DNA of 61,032 bases, counting the filler, from Sanchytrium tribonematis (taxonomy: Eukaryota): assembly GCA_018985235.1 (NCBI GenBank). It is 8 parts of 8 records of this genome, joined end to end, with 100 filler letters (N's around TTAATTAATTAA, not from the genome) between each part and the next. Parts side by side here need not be neighbours in the genome. Positions count along the whole stretch, not along the records: positions 5,069 to 30,893 come from JADGIG010000064.1; 7 more parts are not named here. One strand, given 5' to 3'. Positions 10,760 to 21,740 of the stretch are shown here, in pieces; within the stretch, counting starts at the first letter, position 1, and the number at the start of each line of letters is the position of its first letter. The notes beneath the pieces are model-generated. The model saw only the letters and a program-made list of their open reading frames with translations. It did no database searches and was not told where the DNA came from. The translations under genes were made by a program, and so were the position numbers.

Positions 10760-11140
10760 AAGCAGCCAATAGATTCGCTAATTTTAATCAATCCAATCAG
10801 ACTATCCCAATCAATTGTTTCCCAAGGATTGCAAGGAAAAGACTTTGTTCGTGATTCTGGCGTATTGGTTTTTCTTAATGAGTTGAATTTTCAGCGAGCC
10901 AACAAAATTGTGAGTTCTAATATTAACATTGCGGTTCATTTGCCGACTGATGCTTTGAAATCAGATCTGAATTCTGCATTAATTGTCACACGGCCAATTG
11001 CTCCTTAATTAATTAAATTGGTTATGGCTCCACAGTAAATGCTTAACCTCTATTGATTAAAATGGCCAATTACCTTTTTATAAAAATTGAATCAAAGAAT
11101 TTCATTTCGTGATATTTTGGTAAATTCCATCCAATTTTTG
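10760..11140. promoter_or_regulatory. CCAAT-box-rich divergent promoter with a TTAATTAATTAA palindrome
   Basis: About eight CCAAT/ATTGG matches in ~380 nt between divergent genes; natural TTAATTAATTAA at 11005-11016. Confidence 0.4.
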
Positions 11141-11193
11141 AAACAAGTGTCCTATAAAAGGTGCACGGATAAGGGGAAACTTAAAACTTGTAA

Positions 11194-11607
11194 ATGAGAG
11201 TTATTTCTGTTGTTGTACCACAAAACAAAAGACAATCTAATGAACCAGCCTCTGAATCTAAGAAGCCTAAGGTTTGTGATGAGAATATCAAGGAAAATGT
11301 TGCAACTGCAACTAAAGAAGAAAAGATTGAGCCACAAGTAGAGGTCGAGAATAAGGAAGAGGAGGCTTCGGATTTAAATGATGAATCGAAGTCAGAATCA
11401 CCGCAAGAAGATGAAGAACAAGAAGTTTTACTTACTCAAGTCGAAAAGAACAGTGAGGTTCCGAAATTTGAAGTTAAAGATACCATCACAAAGGAGGTCG
11501 AAGTAGGTGCGGCTGAGAATCAAGTGAATGAGGAAGTGTCTGTCCCAGAAATTAAGATCGTGGAGTCTCTTGAGGCGGAAGCAGAAGAGAAAACAGTGGC
11601 AAAATAA
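11194..11607 (+). CDS. Acidic low-complexity hypothetical protein
   Basis: 137-aa E/K-rich ORF; its stop lies within AATAAA. Confidence 0.6.
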   Translation: MRVISVVVPQNKRQSNEPASESKKPKVCDENIKENVATATKEEKIEPQVEVENKEEEASDLNDESKSESPQEDEEQEVLLTQVEKNSEVPKFEVKDTITKEVEVGAAENQVNEEVSVPEIKIVESLEAEAEEKTVAK

Positions 11608-11632
11608 ACATTTATGTATTTCCTTTCCTAAT

Positions 11633-14557
11633 TTATCCAAAATGATGACTTCTGGATCTATGATGTTGCTTCATTGAATTGGGGAAATTGTCATGTGGAT
11701 GAGAAAATTGATATGGCTGATCTTCATCATCTTGTATATTTGCTGTATTAGCATAGTAGGACTCCTGATTTGGATATTGCTGAAAATGTTGCGGCTGTCT
11801 TTGGAATTGATCTCGGTAATGAAACGAATGACGATTGTTTTGTGCTGAACCTTGATGACTGGTTTGATGATAATATTGATTGTCTTGAAAATATAATTCC
11901 AAATCGTCAATATTTGAACTGAAGTGTTCCGAAGCTCTTGAAATAGGAATAGCTTCAGCACCTCTAAGAGGGCTTTCATTTGAAGGAAAGGCCGTGGTCG
12001 TTTGAGATTTACGATTTCCTTTTTTTATCCATTCCGTGATTCTTCGCATTGGAATTTCTTTCACGTTGAATTTCCCTTCACCAGAAGCATGAGATTCGCC
12101 TTTGACTTCTCCTGCTACTTGTCTAGTTTGTCCCCATGAAAAATCGTCAAAATGAATCCATGCATAAATTGGCAAAAAAAAGTTCCAAACAGGTAACCCT
12201 ATAATTAAATAAAAGAACATCCACGCCACATATACCAATTTGAATGTTGTGAGCATAATCAGAATAGCAGGAGAAAATAAAATTAGTACCAGAGCAATCA
12301 TTGGAATGTAACTAGCAAATGGCCCCAAAGTCCCATAAAGAATATCAATAACAAACCCGTATACAGTGTAGTAGGTTAGACAGATAGCGGCTGGTAGAGT
12401 AATGGTACCAATTAAATCCAGAAATACGACAAATCTCATGCTGCAACAAAAAACTCCACAAAGTTCATTCACAAGCATAAGCTCAAATAGGTTGTGAATT
12501 GTAGAATTAATCCACCTCCTTCGCTGAGAATTAAGCACTTTATAGCTATTAGGAACCTCTGTTCTGCATTTTGCACTTGGGACAAATACCAATTTTCTTG
12601 TAGGAAATTGTTTTAACATAAGAGTGGTTAAAAATCTATCTTCTCCAAGTAAAAGAAGATTTTTCTCATGCAAAGTGTTTGTTTGATTTGTAGAATATTG
12701 ATCAACTACATCCTTGTTTGCCAATATTGGTACCCAGGCTTCTTTTCCATCCACTACTTTTCTAGATTTAATACGATACATGCAGAAACAGCCAGGTAGA
12801 CATGTCACACCACCAAATACACTTTCAAATGCCTTTCCAAGATGATGAGAAATAAAGTATTCAAACACTTGTATCGATGTTATCCATGATTCTTTTTTGT
12901 TGCTTATTCTTGTTTCTCCGCATAAGCCCATAATTCGGTCGTCTTTCATGACTGCATTGATTAATTTTTCAACAGAATCTGGTAATACAAAAGTGTCTGC
13001 GTCAACCATAAGTATAATCTCAAATTGCTCCGCTGTTACTCCTATTAACGATCTGATTTTTCTAAAAAGGTCATAATCGAAAGGAGTTACTCGCTCATTG
13101 AAAAATATTCTACTAAAAAATGACATCAAAAGAATTTGGGAATCTCTTTTGCCACGGTTTCCAGGTTTGGCAGCATTAGCTTCATCTTCGGTACCACATT
13201 TAACAATTAATATGGTAGGAATTTTTCTACCAGAATCGGAATTGTAAAATCCGGGATAAACCTTTGCTTGATTATGTTGCTTTGATCCTTGGGCTACAGC
13301 AATGTAGCTCTTAGGATTGGGATTAATGTGTTTTTCTGAAATTTCCAGCAAAGATAAAGCAATATCAGGAGTCGTCAAAGGCTTTCCATCGCCAACCACT
13401 AAGCCGTCTGCTACTATAAAGATCACTTTTTTGCTGTCGGGATATGTGGTATTTGCTAAGCTTTCTAAGGTGGTTTTCAACCCTTCTTTTCCTTCGGAAT
13501 AACAAGTAACAAGTAATACCGTCAACGGGTCATATTTTCTACCAGATGCGACTAATCTTGGCTCCAGAACCCATGCAAATAAAAGAGCCATAAAAAATCT
13601 CATAAACACTATCAATGTAATTATTACAAGTCCTGTGCCCAAAATTATATTAGCTAATCCACACCGTAGCGAAAATTTCTCAACAAATGCAACCCGATAT
13701 AACGCAACCATACAGTCAATATTGGGTCTGAGAGATTCTCTGTCCGAAAAATATTTTGTTCCATCTTTTGCAGCAATGTTTCCAGAATTCGTCGAAAACA
13801 TTTCGATTGCGTGATCTAGCTCAGAATCGTCCCTTTTTGAATTCAAGTAATCATCCATTCTTAATATATTACCATTTAAGACCATTAATTTAGCATCGGC
13901 ATCGAAAAATTTGTTATTTTGTAATTCTTTCCAGGGTATCGTTAGTCTTAGAAAGTCAGAAGAGCCGTATGTGAAAATTCCCTCGTCCAATTTATCGCTT
14001 ATATCAATGGCTGTCTTGGACAGGGGAGGATCACTTAAAGCCTTCAAATCACCTTTCGTCTCCTCACACTGAGGAAACAGAGTACTCATTAACTTTGGCC
14101 CATCCACTTTTGACGATGCTGAAGTTCTGTCAGCAGAAGACAATTTTATTCCTATAGAATTAGGATCTAGCCACAAGCCCTTAACAGCAAATTTCCCTGA
14201 ATTCGGAGTTGCTGTCTTCGAATCAATGACATTTGCATTATCACTTTCTGGGCAGAGAGTAGGCTGTAAGTATAACGTCAGCCATACTAGAATGGCCGAA
14301 CATATCGAAAATATTATGCACAAGGCCACCTTTTCTCTCCAAGCTTGTTGGGTTCCTTTATCCCTCATTTTAAAAATACTTAAACAAGAACCTGATATAC
14401 AGCAAGTCAATGTCCTTGCTATAGCAGCCCACTTGCTGCTGTCATCCATTTTGTCGTGGTTTCCAATCATTTTCCTACTCAAGGTCATTTTCTGATTATC
14501 CCTGGTAGCTGTTTTTCTTGAAAGGCCTCTTCTTAATTGCGTTGAACTAGAGTTCAT
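11633..14557 (-). CDS. Chitin synthase, class IV (Chs3-like)
   Basis: Motifs [55 protein letters not shown] and DDFSWG. Confidence 0.95.
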   Translation of the reverse strand: MNSSSTQLRRGLSRKTATRDNQKMTLSRKMIGNHDKMDDSSKWAAIARTLTCCISGSCLSIFKMRDKGTQQAWREKVALCIIFSICSAILVWLTLYLQPTLCPESDNANVIDSKTATPNSGKFAVKGLWLDPNSIGIKLSSADRTSASSKVDGPKLMSTLFPQCEETKGDLKALSDPPLSKTAIDISDKLDEGIFTYGSSDFLRLTIPWKELQNNKFFDADAKLMVLNGNILRMDDYLNSKRDDSELDHAIEMFSTNSGNIAAKDGTKYFSDRESLRPNIDCMVALYRVAFVEKFSLRCGLANIILGTGLVIITLIVFMRFFMALLFAWVLEPRLVASGRKYDPLTVLLVTCYSEGKEGLKTTLESLANTTYPDSKKVIFIVADGLVVGDGKPLTTPDIALSLLEISEKHINPNPKSYIAVAQGSKQHNQAKVYPGFYNSDSGRKIPTILIVKCGTEDEANAAKPGNRGKRDSQILLMSFFSRIFFNERVTPFDYDLFRKIRSLIGVTAEQFEIILMVDADTFVLPDSVEKLINAVMKDDRIMGLCGETRISNKKESWITSIQVFEYFISHHLGKAFESVFGGVTCLPGCFCMYRIKSRKVVDGKEAWVPILANKDVVDQYSTNQTNTLHEKNLLLLGEDRFLTTLMLKQFPTRKLVFVPSAKCRTEVPNSYKVLNSQRRRWINSTIHNLFELMLVNELCGVFCCSMRFVVFLDLIGTITLPAAICLTYYTVYGFVIDILYGTLGPFASYIPMIALVLILFSPAILIMLTTFKLVYVAWMFFYLIIGLPVWNFFLPIYAWIHFDDFSWGQTRQVAGEVKGESHASGEGKFNVKEIPMRRITEWIKKGNRKSQTTTAFPSNESPLRGAEAIPISRASEHFSSNIDDLELYFQDNQYYHQTSHQGSAQNNRHSFHYRDQFQRQPQHFQQYPNQESYYANTANIQDDEDQPYQFSHPHDNFPNSMKQHHRSRSHHFG

Positions 14558-14659
14558 CAAGTAAGTTAGATTGCATTGGGTTTTTGACAAAATCCCTACC
14601 CAATCAAGTTTTACAACAGATTGTGAGATTTACCAATCAATAAAAACAATCAACTAATT

Positions 14660-17600
14660 TTATTTTGCTTTATCAGTTTGATATTCAGCGTATTCAGGCT
14701 TGTTTTGATTTTCTCTCAGAACAAGTTCACATTCCTCCAATTCTGATGGAAGATCTACATTAACAAATTAAAACCATCCTTGTAAACTAACTTTAATTTT
14801 TGGAATACTCTTATTGCAGTTCTCATGAAATCCATTGTTTTTTCTCTGTCCTGGGTAAGTTTTGCTAATTTTGGTGGCTTTATAATACTACTGCACAATG
14901 CCTTGTAAAATTCAGAAAAAAGTTTATAAGATCTCAGAACAGAATCTGGGATCTTAAAAATGATCATCAGAGCTGCGCTTCTGGCTTCTTCTATGTCACC
15001 AAGACCTTGAAGAAGAATTTTTTGCACATAATCATAGTCTTTTAAAAGATTATATTCTATCAATGCCCCAATGCAGGAATAGGCTAATTTTCTATATGTC
15101 ACCGACTCGTCAATTTTAACTTTGAACATTCCCATGTCTAAAATTTTGAGATATTTTGGATTTTGCACAACTAGATTTTTCAAATATTCTTTAACTTTAT
15201 GCAGGTGCTGAGTTACTAAATCGGGCTGTTGCACTACAATATTAGATAGTGTTTCCAAATAAAGACCCATGCTTTTCAAGTCATCTAAAGCAACATGGCA
15301 TAAATATGAAATATGTTCCTCTTGGCATAAATTTTGCTTAACATAATTTTTAATGATTGATAAAGTTAAATGTTGATTTAAATTAAATTTCAAAGGCACT
15401 ATTTTGAGACACTTGAAAGCAGATTCTGCATTCATTTCCAAGTTTTCTTCTAATCCATTAAGAAGTTCGATGATTTCGGCTGCTTGACTTTCAGATAAAA
15501 CTGCGCTCTCTACGTAGCCACTAATAAATTGGGATTTAAATGCTGTAGAGAGGTAATACTTTTTAAAATAGTCGAAATTTTGGGAACAGATTTTGGAAAC
15601 CAATCTCACAAGTACTTCGTTATCATAATTTGGTATTTCTTGGCTAATAACGTTAAATTTTTCGCCATAATAAGACAGTAAGATGACATCCGCCCAATTA
15701 TCGTATTTCAAACTATGTGCCCCATCCAAATAGTTTTTTGCTATATTGTATTTAGCTACAATTTCACAATAAAATTCAAGTAATTTTAATTTCGATGGAA
15801 CGTTTTTCATATCAGTTGAATTCATTTCTCGTAACTTCAGTTCTAGACTCGAAGTATCCGAGATGATATCTAAAATATAATCCGTGTAAAATATGGCCTT
15901 ATCAAGAATTTGAACGATGGATTTTTCATCAGCTGTAAAACGTGCGAACTTGTAGAATTCAAGGTAATTATCAAATTTATCGATGTGGCAGGAAATATTT
16001 TGAAATGCCTCTAATTTCCAGCTCAGAACCATTTTCTGACTGATGTGACCAATTATATTAACGTAAAGTTGAATTTCAACCGCCGTCAATCTCTCATAAG
16101 AAATTTTGTCATTGAGATTCTCGATGAAGCTCTTTTTACTTAATAATAATGATGATTTGCATGCTACATGTAATATGTCTAAAATTTCAGGTTGTGATCT
16201 TTCAAATAAAATAATTGGATCAAACATATCACAATAGAATGTGAATAAAAGTTGGTAAATTTGAACAGTGGGTGGTAAAGAAAGTAATCCATGAACAATT
16301 GCATTTGCTGATTCAACGATGTTTTGATCCAATGGTTCAATAATATAATAGTCATAATCCTGCTCAAATAGATCGTATTTTCGAACAAGCGCCATCAGTT
16401 GGCAAATTTCAAAAGTATTTGTGTTCAAATGTAGAATGCATTTCTCGAGTACTCTTTTGATAAACGATACACTGTAATGTTGCTTAACAATGGATGAAAA
16501 TAGATTAATTTGTAAACTGACATTCCTATTAGAAAATTCTAATTCATTGGTGTATAAATTTGACAATTCGCTTGGTAAACCATAATGTTCGATTATTTGA
16601 GTCGCAAGTAATAACAAGGTCTCGTCATTTCTAGGGTCTTTACCAAAAAGCTGTTTCACATTTTTTAAAATTTGGACAAAATCTAAATTGTAGTCCATTT
16701 TGTATCTCTTATTAGAAAATTTGGCAGTTTTTTCATTGGTTATTGCCAAAAAATGTTGAGTTGCAAGATAAATAATTTGAGACTCGCCATCTAGGAACTT
16801 TTTGATCAAACTGGTGTTAGCAGCTTTTAGATCATATAATTGTCCATACGATCCATTGAGAATCAATTTGCTCAAAATTTGAAGGCTATGAAATCGAACT
16901 CTCCAGAAATAATTATGTTCAATTTCCAAATCACTTTCAAAGCCAAAATCCTCGTCATCCATTTCTTCATCCATTGAAAAGTCAATCAATTCTACTAATT
17001 TTATGAAAATAACTTCCGCTTCTTTTTCCGTAAAAAAGTCAAGCAGATTTTCAATATAAAATTCAAATAAGTCAATTAAAGCACAACCATCGAGAATATT
17101 ATCTTCGTGTAAGTTTTCTGGAAGTTTGACGAAGTCTTTAAATTCTTTGGTAAAGTCGAGATTCCTTCTTAATATTGAGCGCAAAACATTGTACCAATGT
17201 CTTGATTGTATTTCGGAATTATTTATAGCCAAATCTTTTAGCATCTTGGCGATTATAGCTATATCTTCTTTTTGTAAAGCAGGTATTATGTTCGACATGA
17301 CGTAGTACTTTTTTTCCAAATCTGAAATTTCGTTGACATAATTAATGAGTTCTGAATTGGAAATTCTCCTTAATTCTGTCAAATAAACACCACAAAATTT
17401 AATGATCAAATCAGAATTGCCCCATCTTATAAATTTATGCAACATCTTAACGTCAAATTGAGGCTTGCTTTGAATTATTATTTGATATCCCATATTAATT
17501 ATTTCTTCAAAATCGTTCTTTTTCAAGGAATCTAAAAGCGCAATAACTGTATTTAAGTCCATTAAAGGTATACATTTAACGGTCATCATAACAATGTCAG

Positions 17601-17778
17601 CATGAGGACTTGTTAGTAACTGTAATACTTGTTGTGACTGTTTGGCATCTAATAATTGGACAGTTTGATTTTTTGAAGAAGTTTGTAATAAGTCAGACAA
17701 AGCAATGAAGTGAAGATCTGGATCACTTGAGGTGGCCAAATTTTGTAGCAAGGTTTGCACCGGTGTTGCACTTGTCAT
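14660..17778 (-). CDS. CAND1: Divergent CAND1/TIP120-like HEAT-repeat protein (20-nt intron at 14755-14774)
   Basis: N-terminus LLQNLATSSDPDLHFIALSDL, WRVR after an acidic loop, and C-terminal LDMGMFKVKIDE...RKLAYSC all match CAND1 motifs. The spliced last exon ends at TAA 14662-14660. Confidence 0.8.
14755..14774 (-). other. 20-nt intron GTTTTAATTTGTTAATGTAG in CAND1
   Basis: GT-AG boundaries; removal opens 31 further codons ending in TAA within AATAAA. Confidence 0.7.
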
Positions 17779-17814
17779 TGGATTTAGGAGGTTGTTTGGA
17801 AATTTATTCAATGC

Positions 17815-18516
17815 TCAATATAAGCGAGACTCCATGCTCAATAAGAATTCCCCGGCCGTCCTACACAAATATCTTCGTTTTTCATCATTCGTACAGCTAC
17901 TTATTTTTTGTGGTGGAAACAACCTATGAACGCCATTTCGATTTTCGACTTTAATGCAATTATCAACTAGCTCATACGAGAAAGAAATGTGTTCGTGGTC
18001 ATTGTCTTGTAGCTGTTTTTTAATCTTTTCCAGAATCTCATGCTCTTTTGCACCGGACGGCATCACCTCATCAAATGAACAAACTAAATTGTGTTTTGGA
18101 ACATAGTCAATTTCGTCAAAGTATGAATCAAACTGATCAGAGCTACTGCTAAATTTGTTATCTCTTATATAAAGGTAATGTAGGCAAGCAAGTTTGTAAG
18201 CCTTTTCTTGTGTGCTTTCGGAAAAGGGACATTTGTATTTAACTTGTAGGGAAGGAAAATCAAAGTGACAATAATATCTGTCTCTTCCTCGATCAAGACT
18301 ATATTTTACAATACATTGTAATTTGGGTATGCTGTTGTTCAAAAAGTATTGAAATCTCTCGGAAATTGTCTTTAATCGCTGTTCCATTCTCCTCTTTTGT
18401 ATGGGAAATTCGAAAAAAAACTGAATGGCCTTCGAATTTTTACATTGCGGAAATTTGAAAAATGTCCATGATTGTATAGGGCTTTTAGATTTTCCTTCTT
18501 GTATATCTATAAACAT
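17815..18516 (-). CDS. Hypothetical protein, possibly dsRBD-like
   Basis: The segment YYCHFDFP...STQEKAYKLACLHYL resembles the beta-beta-alpha end of a dsRNA-binding fold; weak. Confidence 0.4.
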   Translation of the reverse strand: MFIDIQEGKSKSPIQSWTFFKFPQCKNSKAIQFFFEFPIQKRRMEQRLKTISERFQYFLNNSIPKLQCIVKYSLDRGRDRYYCHFDFPSLQVKYKCPFSESTQEKAYKLACLHYLYIRDNKFSSSSDQFDSYFDEIDYVPKHNLVCSFDEVMPSGAKEHEILEKIKKQLQDNDHEHISFSYELVDNCIKVENRNGVHRLFPPQKISSCTNDEKRRYLCRTAGEFLLSMESRLY

Positions 18517-18589
18517 AGATAAAAGGGGGGAATATCTTATATTAGCAAATGATAAAATTGGAATCGAAATTCCACTTTTAAGGCTCGAA

Positions 18590-19400
18590 ATGCCTTTAAT
18601 AATAAAATTAATTCTACAAGATCACAGGATTTGTAAATTAGTGGAAGAAGAAAATGTGGTTCAAGTCTTGTTGCGCCTAGGATTTGCGGTCCATAATTAC
18701 CTTATGATAAAAAGCATATACATAATGTGCGGATATAGCACATATACCATGTACGAAATATTTCAGTCAAAATTTCCGGAGTACAGAGGCTATTTTGAGA
18801 AAGAAATTATTCCTAAGCAGTCTCAGTTTAATTTTGGAATCGTAATTTTATTTAATTTAGAGACTGCATAGAACCTTCCACACCATAATGCAAAGCAAAA
18901 TTTTTTCAAAGCTATGTGAGCAGCATAAACCAGAAAATTGTAGACTTGATTTTGAACCTTTAATTAAGAGGCTACTTTTACATAGACTCCCAGCTAGTAT
19001 ACTGAAGCTTTTTGAGCTATATCATGGGTTAATTAATTGCAATAATGTTCTTGATAGTTTGGCGTTATTTTGTATGATTATGTTTTCAATGAGAGATGAA
19101 GATCTAATTCAGTTACAAAAAAGTCCGAATTTTCAATTTTTGTCTTTTGCATCTATAGATGATGTATTGTATACCATGTCAAATATATTTATGAAACCGC
19201 ATTTTCAAATTGTACACAAATTGCATGTATTTGGATTTAATTTTGATAAGATTATGGAGATTAGACGGGGCTTGTTAACAATTGATGAATTGAAGCTTAG
19301 TTGCTATTCAGACAATGATCTTGCACAACTTTTCCTAGAACTTGAGGTGTTTGAGTTTGAAGTACCAAGCCTTTCGCTACAAATAAAAAATAAATTTTGA
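18590..19400 (+). CDS. Hypothetical helical protein, weakly TBC/RabGAP-like (19-nt intron at 18842-18860)
   Basis: Intron removal joins ORFs 18425-18871 and 18888-19400 in frame. The TBC resemblance is weak. Confidence 0.5.
18842..18860 (+). other. 19-nt intron GTAATTTTATTTAATTTAG
   Basis: GT-AG, phase 0; joins two adjacent ORFs exactly in frame. Confidence 0.75.
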
Positions 19401-19672
19401 AATTTCGACGCAGTCTACACTTTTCGAGAAAATTTGCTTATCCATTCTGAAATCTTTCGTTATCCTGCAATTTTGCGCCTGCGTATACGAGAACAAAATT
19501 CAATCACAAAAAGTGATGAATTACATTCTAAAATAATAATTTTACTAGGAAAACACAAAGAAAAGATGAAAAAACGGCTTACAATGGTTCTTTAATGGAT
19601 GTGTAATTATTATGAAGCAAATTAGATGCACATCTCTTAGTTAAAGACCTGTAAGAAATGAAGATCAGTTTA

Positions 19673-21325
19673 TCATTTTATTTTTGGGAAAATATATTCC
19701 TTAAATTGTTTTAAGCGCTGGTTTTTGTAAGCTGCTTCTAACCAACTTTGGGGCATTTGGTATATTCCAGAAGAACAATTATTGTCATAAACAGGGGAAA
19801 TATAAATATACTGAATGTTCTTGAGCGCAATTTTCGTCAATTGTTTCAAAAAGTGTTCCACGGTAGTAGATTGCAGGAAAGGAAATTCTTTTGAATCAAT
19901 CTTTAATTTCAGACCAGCCTTCTTAGACTTGTGATTAGCATAAGAAAAATTACTTATTTGTACAGCATAGCACGTTTTATCAACGCAAAAAAAACCATCT
20001 ATAACTGGAAATCGTGGAGGTAAAAGGTAAAAGTGGCTGACCTTTGCAATAAAATTAGCAGCAGTATCTTCGCCTGTCATTTCTAGAAACTCTGGGCTTG
20101 ATTTCAATAATTGTGTAACACCAGTTAAAGTCAATTTTGTGAATCTCTCTGTATTCGATTCATACTGCATAATCAATGTTTGATCAGACTTCGCAATACA
20201 ATTTAAATAATTTGGCATGAAGGATGCCTCAAACAGGTACGCAGATAGCTTTGAAGCGATTGCGCTAATCTCATCAGTTTTGATAGTTCTAAAATAAACA
20301 ACGAATGCGTCTTCAAATGGTGGGATCAAGGAGTTATCGGGATCCAGCATTTCCAGAGTATTTTTAAAAGTGTCAAATACTGACAATAAAGGGTTAATTT
20401 CTCTAGAATAGTATATGGTTTTTATCAATGTGTCCCACACATCCTCTTTTTGATTACTGACCAAATTTTTAAATTTTGTATGAATAAAATCAAATATGGA
20501 AGCGAAATAGTCAGCTAGCTCAAAATTGTCTTCGCTTTCGGTTATCATGGTATTTATCTGGTTTATAAAAAAGAATCTTCCATCGCAATAGCAATTTATA
20601 TACTTCAAATGCAACTTTGATACCTTGTGATCTATGGCCTTCAATAAATCATTAATATCGCCACTAGTAAGATCCTTCACTGCAACCAATAAAAAGTATT
20701 TTTTAATTTGAATCACATTATTAAAGGTACGATGCACAAAAATTTCATTACCATAATCAAGTTTCCAACTGCCAGGTCCAGCTAGGATGTAAATTGTATT
20801 CAAATTCCATGATTTCATATCAAAAGGGAAAATGTTGTTCTGAATATACAAATCATGTGGAGTATTAAGGCAATTATCAATCAGCACGAATTTTGGAATT
20901 GGTCCTGAATGGTGAATCAAATTGTACAACAAAGCATCAGCACGGTCCAAGGGATTCACAAGTTTAGGTTTATAAGTTTGAAATGCATCTACATTCGAAT
21001 TTGACAAAGTTTTGCAAACATCTGATATATGAATTACAATATTGGAACAATAATCTTCATAATTTCTTAACAATTCGTTGAGAATTTCTAGCAAAGTTGA
21101 TTTACCAACACCCCAGCGTCCCTGCACTATATAACATCGAGTGTCCTTTTTGACTTTTGTGTCTATTGAGACTTCATTTCCAAGATTGAGATCGATCGCA
21201 TCTATTAGAATATCTGGTATTTTAATCCAAAACTTCCTACCACATTTTGGAACATATAACATGCTGGACTCTTGAAGAGCGCAGAATTCTCGAAAAGATA
21301 TATGTTTTAACTTTTTGGTAGTCAT
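19673..21325 (-). CDS. P-loop NTPase plus restriction-endonuclease-fold protein (Crinkler/RHS-type C-terminal module)
   Basis: Walker A GRWGVGKST, Walker B-like FVLIDN, and C-terminal YLLPPRFPVIDGFF...YAVQIS typical of CR-type REase domains. Confidence 0.65.
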   Translation of the reverse strand: MTTKKLKHISFREFCALQESSMLYVPKCGRKFWIKIPDILIDAIDLNLGNEVSIDTKVKKDTRCYIVQGRWGVGKSTLLEILNELLRNYEDYCSNIVIHISDVCKTLSNSNVDAFQTYKPKLVNPLDRADALLYNLIHHSGPIPKFVLIDNCLNTPHDLYIQNNIFPFDMKSWNLNTIYILAGPGSWKLDYGNEIFVHRTFNNVIQIKKYFLLVAVKDLTSGDINDLLKAIDHKVSKLHLKYINCYCDGRFFFINQINTMITESEDNFELADYFASIFDFIHTKFKNLVSNQKEDVWDTLIKTIYYSREINPLLSVFDTFKNTLEMLDPDNSLIPPFEDAFVVYFRTIKTDEISAIASKLSAYLFEASFMPNYLNCIAKSDQTLIMQYESNTERFTKLTLTGVTQLLKSSPEFLEMTGEDTAANFIAKVSHFYLLPPRFPVIDGFFCVDKTCYAVQISNFSYANHKSKKAGLKLKIDSKEFPFLQSTTVEHFLKQLTKIALKNIQYIYISPVYDNNCSSGIYQMPQSWLEAAYKNQRLKQFKEYIFPKIK

Positions 21326-21740
21326 AGGCTGCAAGAAGGAGCAGCAAGAATTATAAAGCCGATGAAAGTATCATTACACCTAATGACCACGAAAAAGGGC
21401 ATGAAAAGTTACATCTTGCAATGAATGATTTTGCATCCCCCGTACGCTTATTTCATTGTCAGTGGATAGAATATGCCAATAAAAGAGAGCTACTAGTATG
21501 GTAGTGATTAAAAACACGATCAGAATTCAATTTTTCAGAAGTCTCGCCCAGTATGTAAAACTACTTGATTAACAAAAGTGGAAAATTACTGTTTTAAAAA
21601 GCTAAGTTAATACAGATTATTGAGAAACCTTGAGATGCGTTAAAGACTCTAATAATAGGTCTTTGAATTTGAAGTGCCGAGCCTCTCGCTACATATAAAG
21701 AATAAATTTTGAAATTTCAACACAGTGGAGAAATAACTTA

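Noticed and set aside
19398..19595. TGA readthrough or selenocysteine extension; the frame stays open ~65 codons past the stop
   Set aside because: No homology support and no recognisable SECIS; the stop follows an AATAAA-like signal, and the open frame may be chance.
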